DNA from: Paraspadella gotoi | Taxonomy: Eukaryota; Animalia; Chaetognatha | Assembly: GCA_051294375.1 (NCBI GenBank) | Contig: CM119268.1 | Location: 5,957,525-6,021,524 of the forward strand | DNA length: 64,000 nucleotides | Reading direction: 5' to 3' | Shown: one piece after another, positions 23,373-38,171 of the stretch | Position numbering within the stretch: position 1 is the first letter of the stretch | Layout: every line of letters starts with the position of its first letter | Notes under the pieces: generated by a model | Told to the model about the DNA's origin: nothing | The model's input: the letters and a program-made list of their open reading frames with translations, nothing else | Database searches by the model: none | Translations under genes and position numbers: made by a program

Positions 23373-26300
23373 GAAAGTGAAAATGAAGAGGAGGAAAATG
23401 GAGGAAAAAAGAAAAATTAAAGGAAAAGAAAAAACGGAAGAAAAAGTAAAAATGGAGATAATGAAACAAAATGAAACAAAATTAAACAAAACGCTTAATT
23501 TCCTTAGCGATTCCCTCTTTGATATTTGTTTTTTGAGTTGAACATGATAATATTTATTAAATTTTACGAGAGAATAATCCCGCCAGAATTTTAAAACTAT
23601 TTTACCGAAATTTAGAGTTGTCCCTTTTTTTGTATTTTTATAATCAGGTTGCCTTACTCTTGTACTTTTTTAAACTTTAGGTAAAATCACAAAATGATAA
23701 AAAAGTATGATAAAAAAGTATGATAAAAAAGTGAAAGAATAAAACAAATGAACTGTCACACTAAAAAAAACATATATAATTGGTTTGGACTTTTAATTTC
23801 ATGCACCAGATGTCCTAATTAACTGAAAAAATAAAAAATGAACAATGAGCTCAGAGAATTAATTGGAATAAAATCCATTTATATAATAAAAGCCTAACAA
23901 ATGGGCATCTCACCAGTAACGTGTCTAAAATGTAAACACTGCAACTTTGTAATTTAAATATAATGTAAAAGATAATGATTGGTTAATGTTAGGTGTAAAA
24001 AAGTTCTAAAATAACAACAACCAAAAAAATCTGTGTTAGAAAATAACAAAAATTAAAATATTAATCGAAATGTTTTTCACAAAAAAATCGTGTCGCACTT
24101 TTTTGACGTTTTTCATTTTGTCCTTTGTTGACTAAAAAGTTTTAACGAATGTTCACGATAATTTACTTGGCTTACAAACGTGTGAATTTAAATCGGAAAA
24201 TATTTAACATTTTAAGTTTTGAAGATAATATTACAATTGTCCGAACAACATTTTAAATTTAAAACTTCAAACGTCTGATGTGTTCATTCGTTTGTTGAAT
24301 TCGAAAGAGAAATTTCCAATTTTAAGAAAATGAACTTTTGAGCTCAAAACGATTTTGTTCGCTACGAAACCAAAAAGTCTTCCCTCCCGCTCTCCCTCTC
24401 CCTCTCCCTTCTCCCGCACCCATATCCCTCCCCCTCTCTCTCTCCTCCCCCTCTCTTCTCCTCCCCCTATCCATCTCCCTATTCCTCCGCCCTTCCAAAC
24501 GAATAATGGAACCAGTGACTAATTCAAGTTTCCCTGATCAAATAATCAAGTCTGTGCCTTTCGCACTTTTGTCTCTTTTTAATGATTGTCATTGCAAAAA
24601 AAAAAAAAAAACCACATCGTTGAATTTTTTTTTTTATTTTTAGCTTTAGTTATTTTCGTTATCACTACATTGATAATATTCAAAAGATTTTTCATGATTT
24701 TTAAAACGTCATTATTTTTATTATTTCGACTCGTTATATAAACTTTCTTTACGATCTCATATTTATGATTTTAATTTTTTATGGCTTGTTTAATTTTTTA
24801 AAGTTTTTTTTTAACTAAAATTAGACAAACACATAAAATATTTCATTTTTTAAACACGAACTTTTTTTACTTTGTCATAAATTCATAACAAATAGTTATG
24901 CATATCTTCATCGATAAAAATTTGGCATTTTTCTCTGCAAATTTGCATCTCTCGTCAGTATTATTTTTCATAAATCGTCAAAATAAACTTTGAATTTTAC
25001 TATACATACTAACTTTTTTACTTTTGTCGCAAAACTCATATCATTTGAATTAATAGAACGAAGCGGAGTATTTTTTTTTTAATAAAAACATCCAACACCA
25101 GTATTTTTTTTTCAGTCGTTTAGCAATATCAAAATTGACAGTACTCTGATACTCTTATAAAAAAAAAAGAAATATTTTTCCAAGTGATTTTTTTTCTCTC
25201 TTTCAACATTTTCATATCGATTTATAACTTTTATGTGTAAAAAAAATGATTGTAATAAAAATCTTACAGACTCAATATATTCGTAGTCCGTGTGGATTTC
25301 CTTTAAAAAAAAAGGAAATTTATCGTCATTTTTGAACGAAAACTTGAATATTGATTATTTTTCATATTTTTTTTTTCAATTGTGATAAACTTGTACAGTT
25401 CCTTTTTCCAAGTGATGAATAATGTATTGAACAGTATTCTTGATAATAAATAAAAAATCAGAAAATTCTTTACGATCGGATATTTATTTTTTTTAAAACT
25501 CAATGTGAACCCATAGACAGCTTCATCAAAGAAAGCCTTTTGATACGGAATAGATCTACAGTATTCACATTTGACAACCATGAAAGATGAAAGATATTAG
25601 GAGTCAGAAGTTAACGGAGACACTAAGAATTGTATTACAATTATGGGGACGAATAGTCTTCTGCAGCTCAGGGCCTTATCAAGAGACAAACAACCCCTAG
25701 GAGACCATGGCTAAATGCTTTGCCATGGCAGTATGCCCCGCCGTCGCAAAATGCAGGATACCCAATATTTGATAATATTTTATAATATTTGATACCCAGT
25801 ATTTGATAACTTATGATAGCCGAAAAAAGTTAATCAATAACAAATTTCAATCAATCACCTTATTTCAACGAGTTCAAACATTTAAATTCGTTTTAATTAT
25901 CATTATTAATTCAATATTCAAGAATAAATGGTTGAATGTATAATTTTTCTCTGATATTTTCTTATTTTAAATCTGTAAATATAAATGAACATGAATGTAA
26001 TCCTTATTTTCGGTTCTAAACTTTAAAACCTCACACAGGAAAATCTCCTTCTCCTTTCTCAAGAGCATTTCCGAGAAATATAAGGAATCCGCGTGGAAAA
26101 TCATTTCTGAGAAATGAGAATCCACGTCGAGTTTTCCTCTTTTGTCGTCGACGCGAATATAAATGTTGAAAACTCCATCTTTCGGGGAAAATTTGAATTC
26201 GGCCTTTGAGAGAGAGGGAGACGTAAACAGGGAGGAGGAGGGGGAAGGGGAAGAGGAGGAGGAGGAAGAGGAGGGGGAAAGGTTAAAGGAAAAAGAGGAA

Positions 26301-26933
26301 AAAGGGAGAAACGAAAAGAAATAGAAAGAGAATGTTTAAAAAAAGAGAAAAAGTTAGGGAAAGAAAAAGGAAAAAAGAAAAAAAGGAATGAAAGGAAAAG
26401 AGGAATTGACAAATGATGGAATGACAATGAGAAAATAAGGGGAAAAAAAGAGAGAAAAACGTAAAAGAGAGGAAAATAAAGGAAAACAAAGGAAAACAAA
26501 GGAAAAGAGAGGAGTTTAGATGAAAAAAGAAGAATAGGTAGAGGCAAGACTGGGATGTTTTCCCCGTCGAGTCTCACGGCCACGGTCGTGTCCAGCCATG
26601 ACCGGCGTAACAGAGTCGGAGGAATATTCAGTATCATTTATTTTGCTTTTAAAAACCCCAAAAATTAACTTTATTTTCTTTATTATCTTTACAATTTCGT
26701 TAACTAACGTCAAGAAAAAATTTCAGTTGAATGTCGAATGTAGAATGAAAGTTTTTATCTTCTTTCGCTTTCGTTCGTCGACCGAATGTACAGATTTTAA
26801 CTTTTTTTTTTATTTCGTAATAAAACGGAAAATAAAAACTAAACAATAAAATCAGTTGGTTTCTTCCTACTTTTTTTATTGTGTGAAAAAAAGGAAAGGA
26901 AGCAAAACTTCACTGTAAAACGGATCATAAGAT

Positions 26934-27031
<98 letters not shown>

Positions 27032-30000
27032 TATCGTAAAACTGACAAGATCGCGAAGGTAAAACCCTTTGATTGTGTTTCAAGTTTACGAAAAACACGA
27101 AGGGTGATCCGTCGTGAAGATGACGATGATGATGATGATGAGGATAAGGATGAAGATGATAAGAATGATGATGATGATGATGATGATGATAAGGATGATG
27201 ATGATGATGATGATGATGACAGCGATGACGCTTCCGCATCTTAAATCATGAGCTTTCAACCTATAATTATTGGCCCTATGGAGTTATCCACACATGATAT
27301 CATGATATTAAATTACGCAAAAAAAGACAAAGCTTAACCAACGTAAAAGAAAAAGGCATTGATTTAAAAGTTAAATTTTTTTTTTTATGAAAAGGGAAGA
27401 GTGAAATAATCTCGGTCATGTATTATTATTTTTTATTTATTGTAATCTAATTATTTTTTTATTTTTAAGTTTATTTTATAAATTTGTTTATTCTTAATTT
27501 TGGGTTTCGTACACTTAACTTGTGTGAGAAAGAATTTATTTTTTTTAAATTAGAATTTATAATAAATGTGACTGTGTCCTTTTACTTAATTGCATTCAAA
27601 TTAGCTTACAATCCTTCTGGTGACAAAGGCTTAAAATATACAAAATATACATACTAAATGAAAATTAAACAAGCGAAGAAAAGAAAAAAAGGGGGAAAAA
27701 AGGAAAAAAAAAAGAAAAGAAAAGAAAAGAAAAGAAAAGAAATTAAATGCGGAAATACTTTAGCATTTTAAGTTTAGTGGTATATTTTTGTCGCGAACAT
27801 TTTAAATTTAAAAACTTCACAAAACGTCTGATGTGTTCATTTCGTTTGTTGAAGTCGAAAAGAGAAATTTGCCAAATTTTTAAGTAAAAAATGAACTTTT
27901 GAGCTCAAAACGATTTTGTTCGCTACGAAAACCGAAAAAAGTCTCGCCTCCGCGCTCTTCCCTCAGTGACCACTCTACCATCTCCCTTCTCGCCGCACCC
28001 ATATCGCCTCCCCTCTCTCTCTCCTCCCCCTCTCTTCTCCTCCCCCTATCCATCTCCCCTATTTCTCCGCGCCTTCCAAACGAATAATGGAACCGAGTGA
28101 CTATTCAGTTTCCCTGTAATAATCAAGTCTGTGCCTTTCGCACTTTTGGGTCTCTTTTTAATGATGTGTCAATTGCGAAAAAAAAAAAAAACCAACATCG
28201 TTGGAAATTTTTTTTTTATTTGTTGCTTTAGTTATTCTTTTTATCACATACTGATAATATTCTAAAAGAATTTTGTCATTGATTTTTAAAAACGTCATTA
28301 TTTTTATATTCGACTACGTTATATAACTTTCTTTTACGATCTCATATTTATGTTTTAATTTTTTATGGGCTTTTTATTTTTTAAGTTTTTTTTTAACTTA
28401 ATTAGACAAAACATAATAAGTTTCATTTTTTCGAAACACGAAACTTTTTTATCTTTGTCCCATAATCATACAAATAGTTTATGTCAGATATTGGTTTCAT
28501 CTGTATCACTAAGAAGTTTGGCAATTTTTGTCTCTGCAAATTGCATCTCTCGTCAGTATGTAGTAGTTTTGCATAATCGTCAAAATGAGGAGACTTTGAG
28601 TTTTAGTACCTACTCAGTCTAACTTTTTTACTTTTGTTTTCGCAAAACTCATTATCCATTTGAATTAATAGAACGAAGCGAGTATTTTTTTTTAATAAAA
28701 ACATCCAACAACACATGTTATTTTAATTTTTCAGTCGTTTAGCAATATAAATTGAGCAGTACTCTGATACTCTTAATAAAAAAAAAAGAAATTATTTTTC
28801 CAAGTGATTTTTTTTTCTTCTCTTTCACATTTTCATATCGATTTTATAACTTTTTATGTGTAAAAAAAATGATGTAATAAAAATCGTTACAGGACTCAAT
28901 ATATTTCGTAAGTCGTGTGGTATTTCCTTTTAAAAAAAAAGGAAATTTACGTCATTTTTGGAACGAAAACTTGAATATTGATTATTTTTAATTTTTTTGT
29001 TTCAAATTGTGATAAATGCGTGTACAGTTTCGCTTTTTTCCAAGTGATGAATAATGTATTGACACAGTATTCTTGAGTAATAAAGATAAAAAATCAGAAA
29101 TTCTTTACGATCGGATTTTAATTTTTTTTAATTAAACTCAATGAACACTTAGAGTTCATCAAAGAAAGCCTTTGAATATCGGAATAGATTCTACAGTATT
29201 CACATTTTAACAACGGACATGAAAGGATAGAAAGACTATTAGGGAGTCAGAAAGTCAAGTAAACGGAGACACTAAGAATTGTATGTACAATTATGGGAAC
29301 GAATTAAGTCTTCTGCAGCTCAGGGCCTTATCAAGAGACAAAACAACTCCGCTTAGGAGACCATAGCAAGATGCCTCCCTGGGAAATGCGCCATGGCAGG
29401 ATGACCCCGCCGTCGCAGCAAAATCAGGAGATACCAAGTTTATTATTTTACACTTTGAACAGGTAATTTGATAACTACTGAAGTAGCCGAAAAAAAAGTT
29501 AATCATAACAAATTTCAATCAATCACGCTATTTCAACGAGTTCAAAGATTTAAATTCGTTTTAATTATTATTCTATATTATTAAATTCAAATATATTTCG
29601 TATGAGAATAACAATTTTAAAATGTTATTAATTTGCTTTGGCGTGCTGATATCGTTTCTTACCTTGGTTAATTCCATATTCTGTAACACCTTAAGACATG
29701 AATGTAATCCTTATTTTCGGTTTCTAAACTTTAAAACCTCACACAGAAAAATCTCCTTTCTCCTTTCTCAAGAGCATTTCCGAGAAATATAAGGAATCGC
29801 GCTGGAAATCATTTCTGAGAAATGAGAATCCACGTCGAGTTTTCCTCTTTGTCGTCGACGCGAATATAAATGTTGAAAACTCCAGTCTTTTCGGGAAAAA
29901 TTTGAATCGCTTTTTGAGAGAGAGGGAGAGTCGTTAAAAGGGAGGAGGTAGGGGGAGGGGAAGAGGAGGAGAGGAAGAGGAGGGGGAAAGGTTAGAGGAA

Positions 30001-30717
30001 AAGAGAGAAAGGGAGAAACGAAAAGAAAGAGAAGAAAATGTTTAAAGGGAGAAAGTAAGGGAAAGAAAAAGGAAAAGAAAAAAAGGATGAAAGGAAAGAA
30101 GAATTGACAAATGATGGAATTACAATGAGAAAATAAGAAAATAAAAAGAGAGAAAAACGTAAAAAGAGAGGAAAATAAGGAAAAAGGAAAAGAGAGGATT
30201 AGAGAAAATAAAAGGAAAAGGAAATTATAGATAAGGAAAGAGAAGAAATTAGAGGAAATTAAAGGAAAAGAGAGGATTAAGGAAAAAGAAGATAGGTAGA
30301 GGCAAGGCTGGTATTTTCCCCGTCGTCGAGTCTCACGGCCACGGTGTGTCCAGCCATGACCGCGTAACAGAGTCGGAGGAAGATATTTACTATTCAGTAT
30401 CAATTTATTTTGCTTTTTAAAGACCCCAAAAATTAACTTTTTTTCTTTATTATCTTACAATTTCGTTAACTAACGTCAAGAAAAATTTCAGTGAATGTCG
30501 AATGTAGAATGAAAGTTTTTTATCTTCTTCGCTTTCGTTCGTCGACCGAATGTACAGATTTTAACTTTTTTTTTTTTATTTGTAATAAAACGGAAAATAA
30601 AAACTAAACAATAAAATCAGTTTGGTTTCTTTCCTAACTTTTTTTTATTGTGTGAAAAAGGAAAGGAAGCAAAACTTCACTGTAAAGCGATCATAAGATT
30701 CTCTCTCTCTCTCTTCT

Positions 30718-30785
<68 letters not shown>

Positions 30786-31210
30786 TCTTTCCTCTCTCTC
30801 TCTCCTGCTCTCTCTCAGCCCTATCGTAAACTGACAAGATCGCGAAGGTAAAACCTTTGATTGTGTTTCAAGTTTACGAAAAACACGAGGGTGATCCGTC
30901 GTGAAGATGAACATGGATGATGATGATGAGTGCATAAGGATGAAGATGAGTAAGAAATGTGATGATGATGATGAAGATGAAGTGATTGATGTGATGATGA
31001 TGATGATCGAAAGGGATGACAGCGGATGACGCTTCCGCATCTCTAAAATCATGAGCTTTCAACCTATATAATTATTGGCGCCTATGGAGTTATCCCAACA
31101 TGATATCATGATATTAAATTACCAAAAAAAGACAAAGCTTAAACACGTAAAGAAAAGGATTGATTTAAAAGTTAAATTTTTTTTATAGACAAGGGAAGAG
31201 TGAAAATAAT

Positions 31211-32285
31211 GAGATGATGTCATCCTCCCAAATCCTCCGCCCCGGCGGGCGGCTCTAGGGGCGGCAGGGGGCAGACTATTCCAGGGGGAGCAGCAAAAAT
31301 GGTCATTGAGGGGGAGCCACCTTAATATAAGACCCCAAAATGTTTGCCGCAGGGGGAACCCCCCTGGGGCGGCCCCCTGCGGGGCCAAAAAGTCTCCCGC
31401 TGGGGGTAACCCCCTTTGGGAGCAAAAAATGATGCTCCGCACAGGTGGCGAGTTAAGAGAGAAGCAAAGTTTTAGATAAGAAATATACTGACATATGTTA
31501 TTGTATCTGAGAATATCTCCCGTGTCTGTTACTTTTCTCTCTTTCTCTCTTTCTTCACATCTGCACAACCCCTCTCTTCTCTCTTTCTCTTTCTCTCTCT
31601 CTCTGCATTTTTTTCTTATCTTTTCTTTTTCTCTCTTTTCATTTTTTCTTTTCTCTTTCTCTATCTTTTCTCTCTCTCTATCTTTCAAGACTTGTTTATT
31701 GTAACTAAAAAAATATTACATTTTTTTTTCAAATTATTGTTAACGTGAAAATAATTTTTTTTCATTTAAATTTTAATTAACATAATTGTTAGTTTGTTAG
31801 ATTGCCCCTCAGATTGAACTCACGTTGTTTGAGGAAGGCTGATGGTTTGAGAAGGAAAGTGGAGCAAAACTTTATATCTAGCTCAATCACACACTTTTCC
31901 TTACGCGACACACAAAGATTTTATTCTATCCATATATCTAATCACGAATAATTTGAGTTTTAATGCTAATGTGGGAGCGGACTTAAAGACTGATTTTATA
32001 TTATTAGAGAGAGTAAATAGGAGGGAGAGAGAGCCGTTCGCAGGGGGGCAGGCAAATTCAACAGCCCTCCTGGGGGTGGCCCCCAGGGGAAAGGTTTTTT
32101 CTAGGCCGCCTGGGGGAATTCCCCCTGGAGTGGCCCCTTGGGGCCCAAAAAAAGAGGCTACAGGGGGCCGCCCCAGGCAGTAAGGATTTGCATTGCCACC
32201 TCGGGGCGCCCCGCGGGGCCACCCCGCGGGGCCGCCCCTAAGCAAGCGCCCCCGGGGAGGCGGATTTCTGAGGATGACATACTTG
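31211..32285. mobile_element. Non-autonomous DNA transposon (~1.07 kb) with 8-bp TSD; P- or hAT-like
   Basis: Imperfect TIRs: left ...atgtcatcctcccaaatcc; right reverse complement caagtatgtcatcctcagaaatcc. It has GC-rich subterminal repeats and is flanked by ga(a)aataat and gaaataat. The empty site 'gtgaaataatctcggtc' is at 27401-27417. Confidence 0.85.
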
Positions 32286-32876
32286 GAAATAATCTCGGTC
32301 ATGTATTATTTTTTTTATTTATTGTAATCTAATTATTTTTTTATTTTTAAGTTTATTTATCAAATTTGTTTATTCCTTAATTTTGGGTTTCGTACATTAA
32401 CTTGTGTGAGAAGAATTTATTTTTTTTTAATTAGAATTTTATAATAAATGTGGACTGTGTCCTTTTACTTAATTGCATTTCAAATTAGCTACAATCCTTC
32501 TGGTTGACAAAGGCTAAAATATACAAAATATCATACTAAATGAAAATTAAACAAGCGAAGAAAAGAAAAAAGGGGGAAAAAGGAAAAAAAAGAAAAGAAA
32601 AGAAAAGATAAGAAAAGAAAAGAAAAGAAAAGTAAAAGAAAAGAAAAAGAAAAGAAAAGAAAGAAAGAAAAGAAAAAAAGAGAAAAGAAAAGAAAAGAAA
32701 GGAAAAGAAAGAAAAGAAAAGAAAAGAAACNNNNNNNNNNNNNNNNNNNNNNNNNGAAAAGAAAGAAAAGAAAAGAAAAGAAAAGAAGAAAAAAAGAAAC
32801 TAATTAAGGAGAACACAACAAAAATAAAACTTTTTGAGCTTAACGTTTTTACAGTGAAGCTTCGATTTAGCTAAAT

Positions 32877-32928
<52 letters not shown>

Positions 32929-33219
32929 CTCTCTCCTCGTCTCTCTCTCTCTTGATTTAGAATAAAAGTCTCGAATCTCTCTCTCTCTCAAGCGCCGTTC
33001 ACCAATATTTTATCACCATGAGGCGATTCGAAAGCAACAGCGTATGAAGAAGGGAGAAGGGGAGAGGAAGAGAGAGGGGGAAGAGGGGAGAGGGGAGAGG
33101 GGGAGAGGGGTAGAGGGGGAGGAGGTAGAGAGAGGAGAGAAGGGAGGAAGGGAAAAGAGAAGATAAAGAGAGAGCAATTGCGATGAGAAAATGGGAGGAG
33201 AGGTTTAAAAGCCATAGGG

Positions 33220-33328
<109 letters not shown>

Positions 33329-33680
33329 AGAGAGTCATAAAAGAATTGCACGTTATTGGATTCATAATCACATGAGACAGTCGGCAAACATTTTATGATC
33401 GGTTTAAAGAGTAAAAGTTAATTCATCTCGAATCTTAAGCATAAGACAAATTTGAGGAAAGACAAAACATTTTTTTTGAATGAATTGACTTTTTTAACAG
33501 TCTTTTATACAGAGTCAACATTTTTTTTAAATTTGTTAAATCTATTTTTTGTACGGTCAATGCTCCAGTTTTACCTTTGAAAAACCATTTTAACGCATTT
33601 TTTTTTGTTATCAAATTGACGAGTATTTTTACGGAAGCTCAATAAAAAAGACGTGATATGATGATGATTGATGATGATGA

Positions 33681-33718
<38 letters not shown>

Positions 33719-34375
33719 TGATGATGATGATGATTGATTATACGATATTTTGCCAAATTATTTAATCGATTATGAAAAACGACAAATTTGAATGACGTTT
33801 GAATCTCGTTAGAACCCTAATCAAAGTAAAAATATTCAACTTATGTAAATATAGCTTAGAATAGAATAGATTACTATTGAACAGAAAGTATAATAGAATA
33901 GAATAGAATAGAATAGAATAGAATAACCAACAAAAAATATGATGAAGAAAGGAATATATTGCGAAAAAATCCAGACGTAAAGTCGTATAATCACGTCACG
34001 TGATTTTAAGACGATGTTAAGTATTCAACCAAGTACGTTGAAAATTGTAATTTACACGGTTATTAAGCCTAAACATTGAAACTGAATATGACGAAATGAA
34101 CAAATTAAGGACGCAGAAAAGAAATTTCTTTTAAAAAAAATATACATAATTAAACATCTTTTACAGACTAAATTATAATCAAATGAATTTCAAATTTCTA
34201 CTCTGTATGAAATGAATTTTTCTACAAAAAAAATAAATAATAAAATAAACGTTGGTTTTCGAATTTATTGAATTAAAAAAAAATTAAAAATATTCCCTAA
34301 AATCCTTGGTTTTTCGATTTTTGAGCAAAATCTCATTAATCACGCGAGGCAAATCGACTCTCTCTCTCTCCTCTG

Positions 34376-34420
<45 letters not shown>

Positions 34421-34533
34421 CTCTCTGCTCTCTCTCATCTCTCTCTTCTTCTCTCTCTCTCTCTTGCGGAAAATGTTTGTCACGATCGAAATCCCCGACA
34501 ACATTCGTATATACAGTGTTGTTTCGCAGTCTC

Positions 34534-34612
<79 letters not shown>

Positions 34613-34808
34613 GCTCTCTCTCTCTCTCGATCTCTCTTTCCTCTCGATTCTCCCCTCCATCCGATCGCCACTGTACTCCGTCCCCTATAAAAGCCCTCAA
34701 AGTCGCCGACTAAAGATTCAGACTCAAGATCAGATTCGATTCAAGACTTTGAATTCATTTTTTCTCGCGAATTTTCGGGCGGCTCGATAATTCATTCGAA
34801 ATTGCAAA

Positions 34809-36020
34809 ATGTCTGAATCCGAGCGAAGACGCCTTCATCATCTTTGACGAAGCCTACGAGCGGCAAACGATGTCGGACGCCCTTTTATCTGGGTAAGTTT
34901 GGGTAAGTTGTCTAAAAGTTTGGTAAAACAATTCGGAATAAGGTTGGGTTAAAATTGGGCCAAGATGGGGATAGGTAGGTTAATTGAAAAGATTGGTCGC
35001 ATTGATTGTAATATGTCGTCCAACTAATGCGTTTTAAATTTAAATAAAAACATTTAGCAATTCATTTGAATTTCTCAGAAACAGTCAACATTTTCATTCC
35101 AGTATAAATTATATCTATTTTGCATAAGCAATATTAGATTTCATTCCGTTATTATTATTATTATTATTTTTATTTCAATATTTTTACTTCAACTTAAATT
35201 TAAAGTTTGCAATTTTAAAATAGAAAATGAAAAAATGATAATGTTAAAGATAATACTGATTGGCACAAACAGCAACTATTGAAAAAAAATTAAAAAGAAT
35301 CTATATACCGTCCAAAATATTAATATGTGGCCGGTTTTGAATAAAAAAGAAGCCAATGATAAGATAATAATAAATAAAGTAATAATATAAAATATAACAT
35401 AAATTAATAATAATATGATATTAGTTATGTGAGAATGGATAATGTTTTATTTAAATAATATATTTAGGTTATTCAAATACATACATAATTCTATAAAATA
35501 ATGTCATAAATAATGTAATTTAGCTGTAAGTACAAACGTTTAAAAAAGTGTCTGTTTAAGAGGGAAACAATGAGAAGAGGTAGAGACAAGAGACTAAACT
35601 TAAAGATTGAAGTTCCTAATCATTTAGATTTTGGTAAAAAAAAAATATAAAATGGAATTTTAGACAAATTATAAATATCTGGTGATTTACGAAAAAAAAA
35701 AAACTGTAACAAAAAACCGAACAATTGAATTAAAAACCGACTGAATGTAAAAAAGAATTTTAACAAAAATCTAAATTCAACAGACGTATAATTAAAACGC
35801 AATGACTCCGCAACAAACCAACCAAAACCTGATCAGGCGACATTCTCCGCGCTCGGTTGCAACTGACCGAACGCCAAAGTCGTGGAAGGTCCGGCGCGCA
35901 GAGGAATTGGGAACAGAGAGAATCACCTTCGACATATTCAAGCCAACTCTTCGCCAACGATCAAAGGCTGAACTGTCCTGTCTACCGGTGTCAAGAGGAT
36001 TAACATTGAGGCCTGAAGTG
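34809..36020 (+). pseudogene. Frameshifted partial copy of myosin light chain exons 1-2 (probably artefactual)
   Basis: Indel-riddled copies of 38172-38253 and 39154-39332 that lie inside the redundant block. Confidence 0.6.
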
Positions 36021-36348
36021 ACTCTTTATACATCTATCTGTTTTATCTATCTTATCTATCTATCTATCAATTGTTTTATCTATCTATTAATCCTATTTAC
36101 TCTTTATCTCTCTCTCTCCTTCCTCCCTTTTTTTTCTTTTTTCTACTCTTTTCTTTACCTACATTGAAGACTAAAGTTACTTGTTGATACTCTACTCTAT
36201 CGTCTATCTATCAATCTGTCTATCTATCTATCTATTAAAGAAAAGAAAAGAAAAGAAAAGAAAAGAAAAGAAACTAATTAATGAGAACACAACAAAAATA
36301 AAAACTTTTTGAGCTTAACGTTTTTACAGTGAAGCTTCGATTTAGCTA

Positions 36349-36410
<62 letters not shown>

Positions 36411-36658
36411 TTGATTTAGAATAAAAGTCTCGAATCTCTCTCTCTCTCAAGCGCCGTTCACCATATTTATCACCATGAGGCGATTCGAAGCAACAGCGTA
36501 TGAAGAGGGAGAAGGGGAGAGGAAGAGAGAGGGGGAGAGGGGTAGAGGGGGAGAGGGGTAGAGGGGGAGAGGAGGAGAGAAGGGAGGAAGGGAAAAGAGA
36601 AGATAAAGAGAGAGCAATTGCGATGAGAAAATGGGAGGAGAGGTTAAAAGCCATAGGG

Positions 36659-36790
<132 letters not shown>

Positions 36791-37110
36791 TAAAAGAATT
36801 GCACGTATTGGATTCATAATCACATGAGACAGTCGGCAACATTTTATGATCGGTTAAAGAAGTAAAAGTTAATTCATCTCGAATCTTAAGCATAAGACAA
36901 ATTTGAGGACAAGACAAAACATTTTTTGAATGAATTGACTTTTTTAACAGTCTTTTATAACAGAGTCAACATTTATTTTTAAATTTGTTAAATCTATTTT
37001 TCTGTACGGTCAATGCTCCAGTTTTAGCCTTTGAAAAACCATTTTAACCATTTTTATTATGTTATCAAAATTGGACGAGTATTTTTTACGGAAGCTCAAT
37101 AAAAAAGACG

Positions 37111-37166
<56 letters not shown>

Positions 37167-37795
37167 ATACGATATTTGCCAAATTATTTAATCGATTATG
37201 AAAAACGACAAATTTCGAATGACGATTTGAATCTCGTTAGACCCTAATCAAAGTAAAAATATTCAAACTTATGTAAATATAGCTTAGAATAGAATAGATT
37301 ACTATTGAACAGAATAGAATATAATAGAATAGAATAGAATAGAATAGAATAGAATAACCAACAAAAAATAATGATGAAGAAAGGAATATATTGCGAAAAA
37401 ATCCAGACGTAAAGTCGTATAATCACGTCACGTGATTTTAAGACGATGTTAAGTATTCAACCAAGTACGTTGAAAATTGTAATTTACACGGTTATAAGTC
37501 TAAACATTGAAACTGAATTGACGAAATGAACAAATTAAGGACGCAGAAAAGAATTCTTTAAAAAAAATATACATAATTAAACATCTATTACAGATCTAAA
37601 TTATCAATCAAATTCTACTCTGTATGAAATGAATTTTTCTACAAAAAAAAATAAATAAAAATAAAATAAACGTTGGTTTTCGAATTTATTGAATTAAAAA
37701 AAAATTAAAAATTTCCTAAAATCCTGGTTTTTCGATTTTGAGCAAAATCTCATTAATCACGCGCGGCAAATCGACTCTCTCTCTCTCTCTCTCTC

Positions 37796-37876
<81 letters not shown>

Positions 37877-37965
37877 CGGAAAATGTTGTCACGATCGAAA
37901 TCCCCGACACATTCGATACAGTGTTGTTTCGCAGTCTCTCTCTCTCTCTCTCTCTTCTCTCCTCT

Positions 37966-38036
<71 letters not shown>

Positions 38037-38054
38037 CGCCACTGTACCTCCGTC

Positions 38055-38095
38055 CCCTATAAAAGCCCTCAAGTCGCCGACTAAGATTCAGACTC
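38055..38095 (+). promoter_or_regulatory. TATA-box core promoter of the myosin light chain gene
   Basis: cTATAAAAg at about 38058, an initiator-like ttcagac about 30 bp downstream, and the ATG at 38172. (CT)n tracts lie upstream. Confidence 0.6.
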
Positions 38096-38171
38096 AATCA
38101 GATTCGATTACAGACTTGAATTCATTTTTTTCTCCGAATTTTCGGGCTCGAAATTCATTCGAAATTGCAAA

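Noticed and set aside
26879-27244. Poly-Asp / poly-His ORFs
   Set aside because: A (GAT)n microsatellite with no supporting splice structure or domain.
34809-36020. Genuine tandem paralogue of the myosin light chain
   Set aside because: It lies in the noisy self-inserted block and differs mainly by indels.
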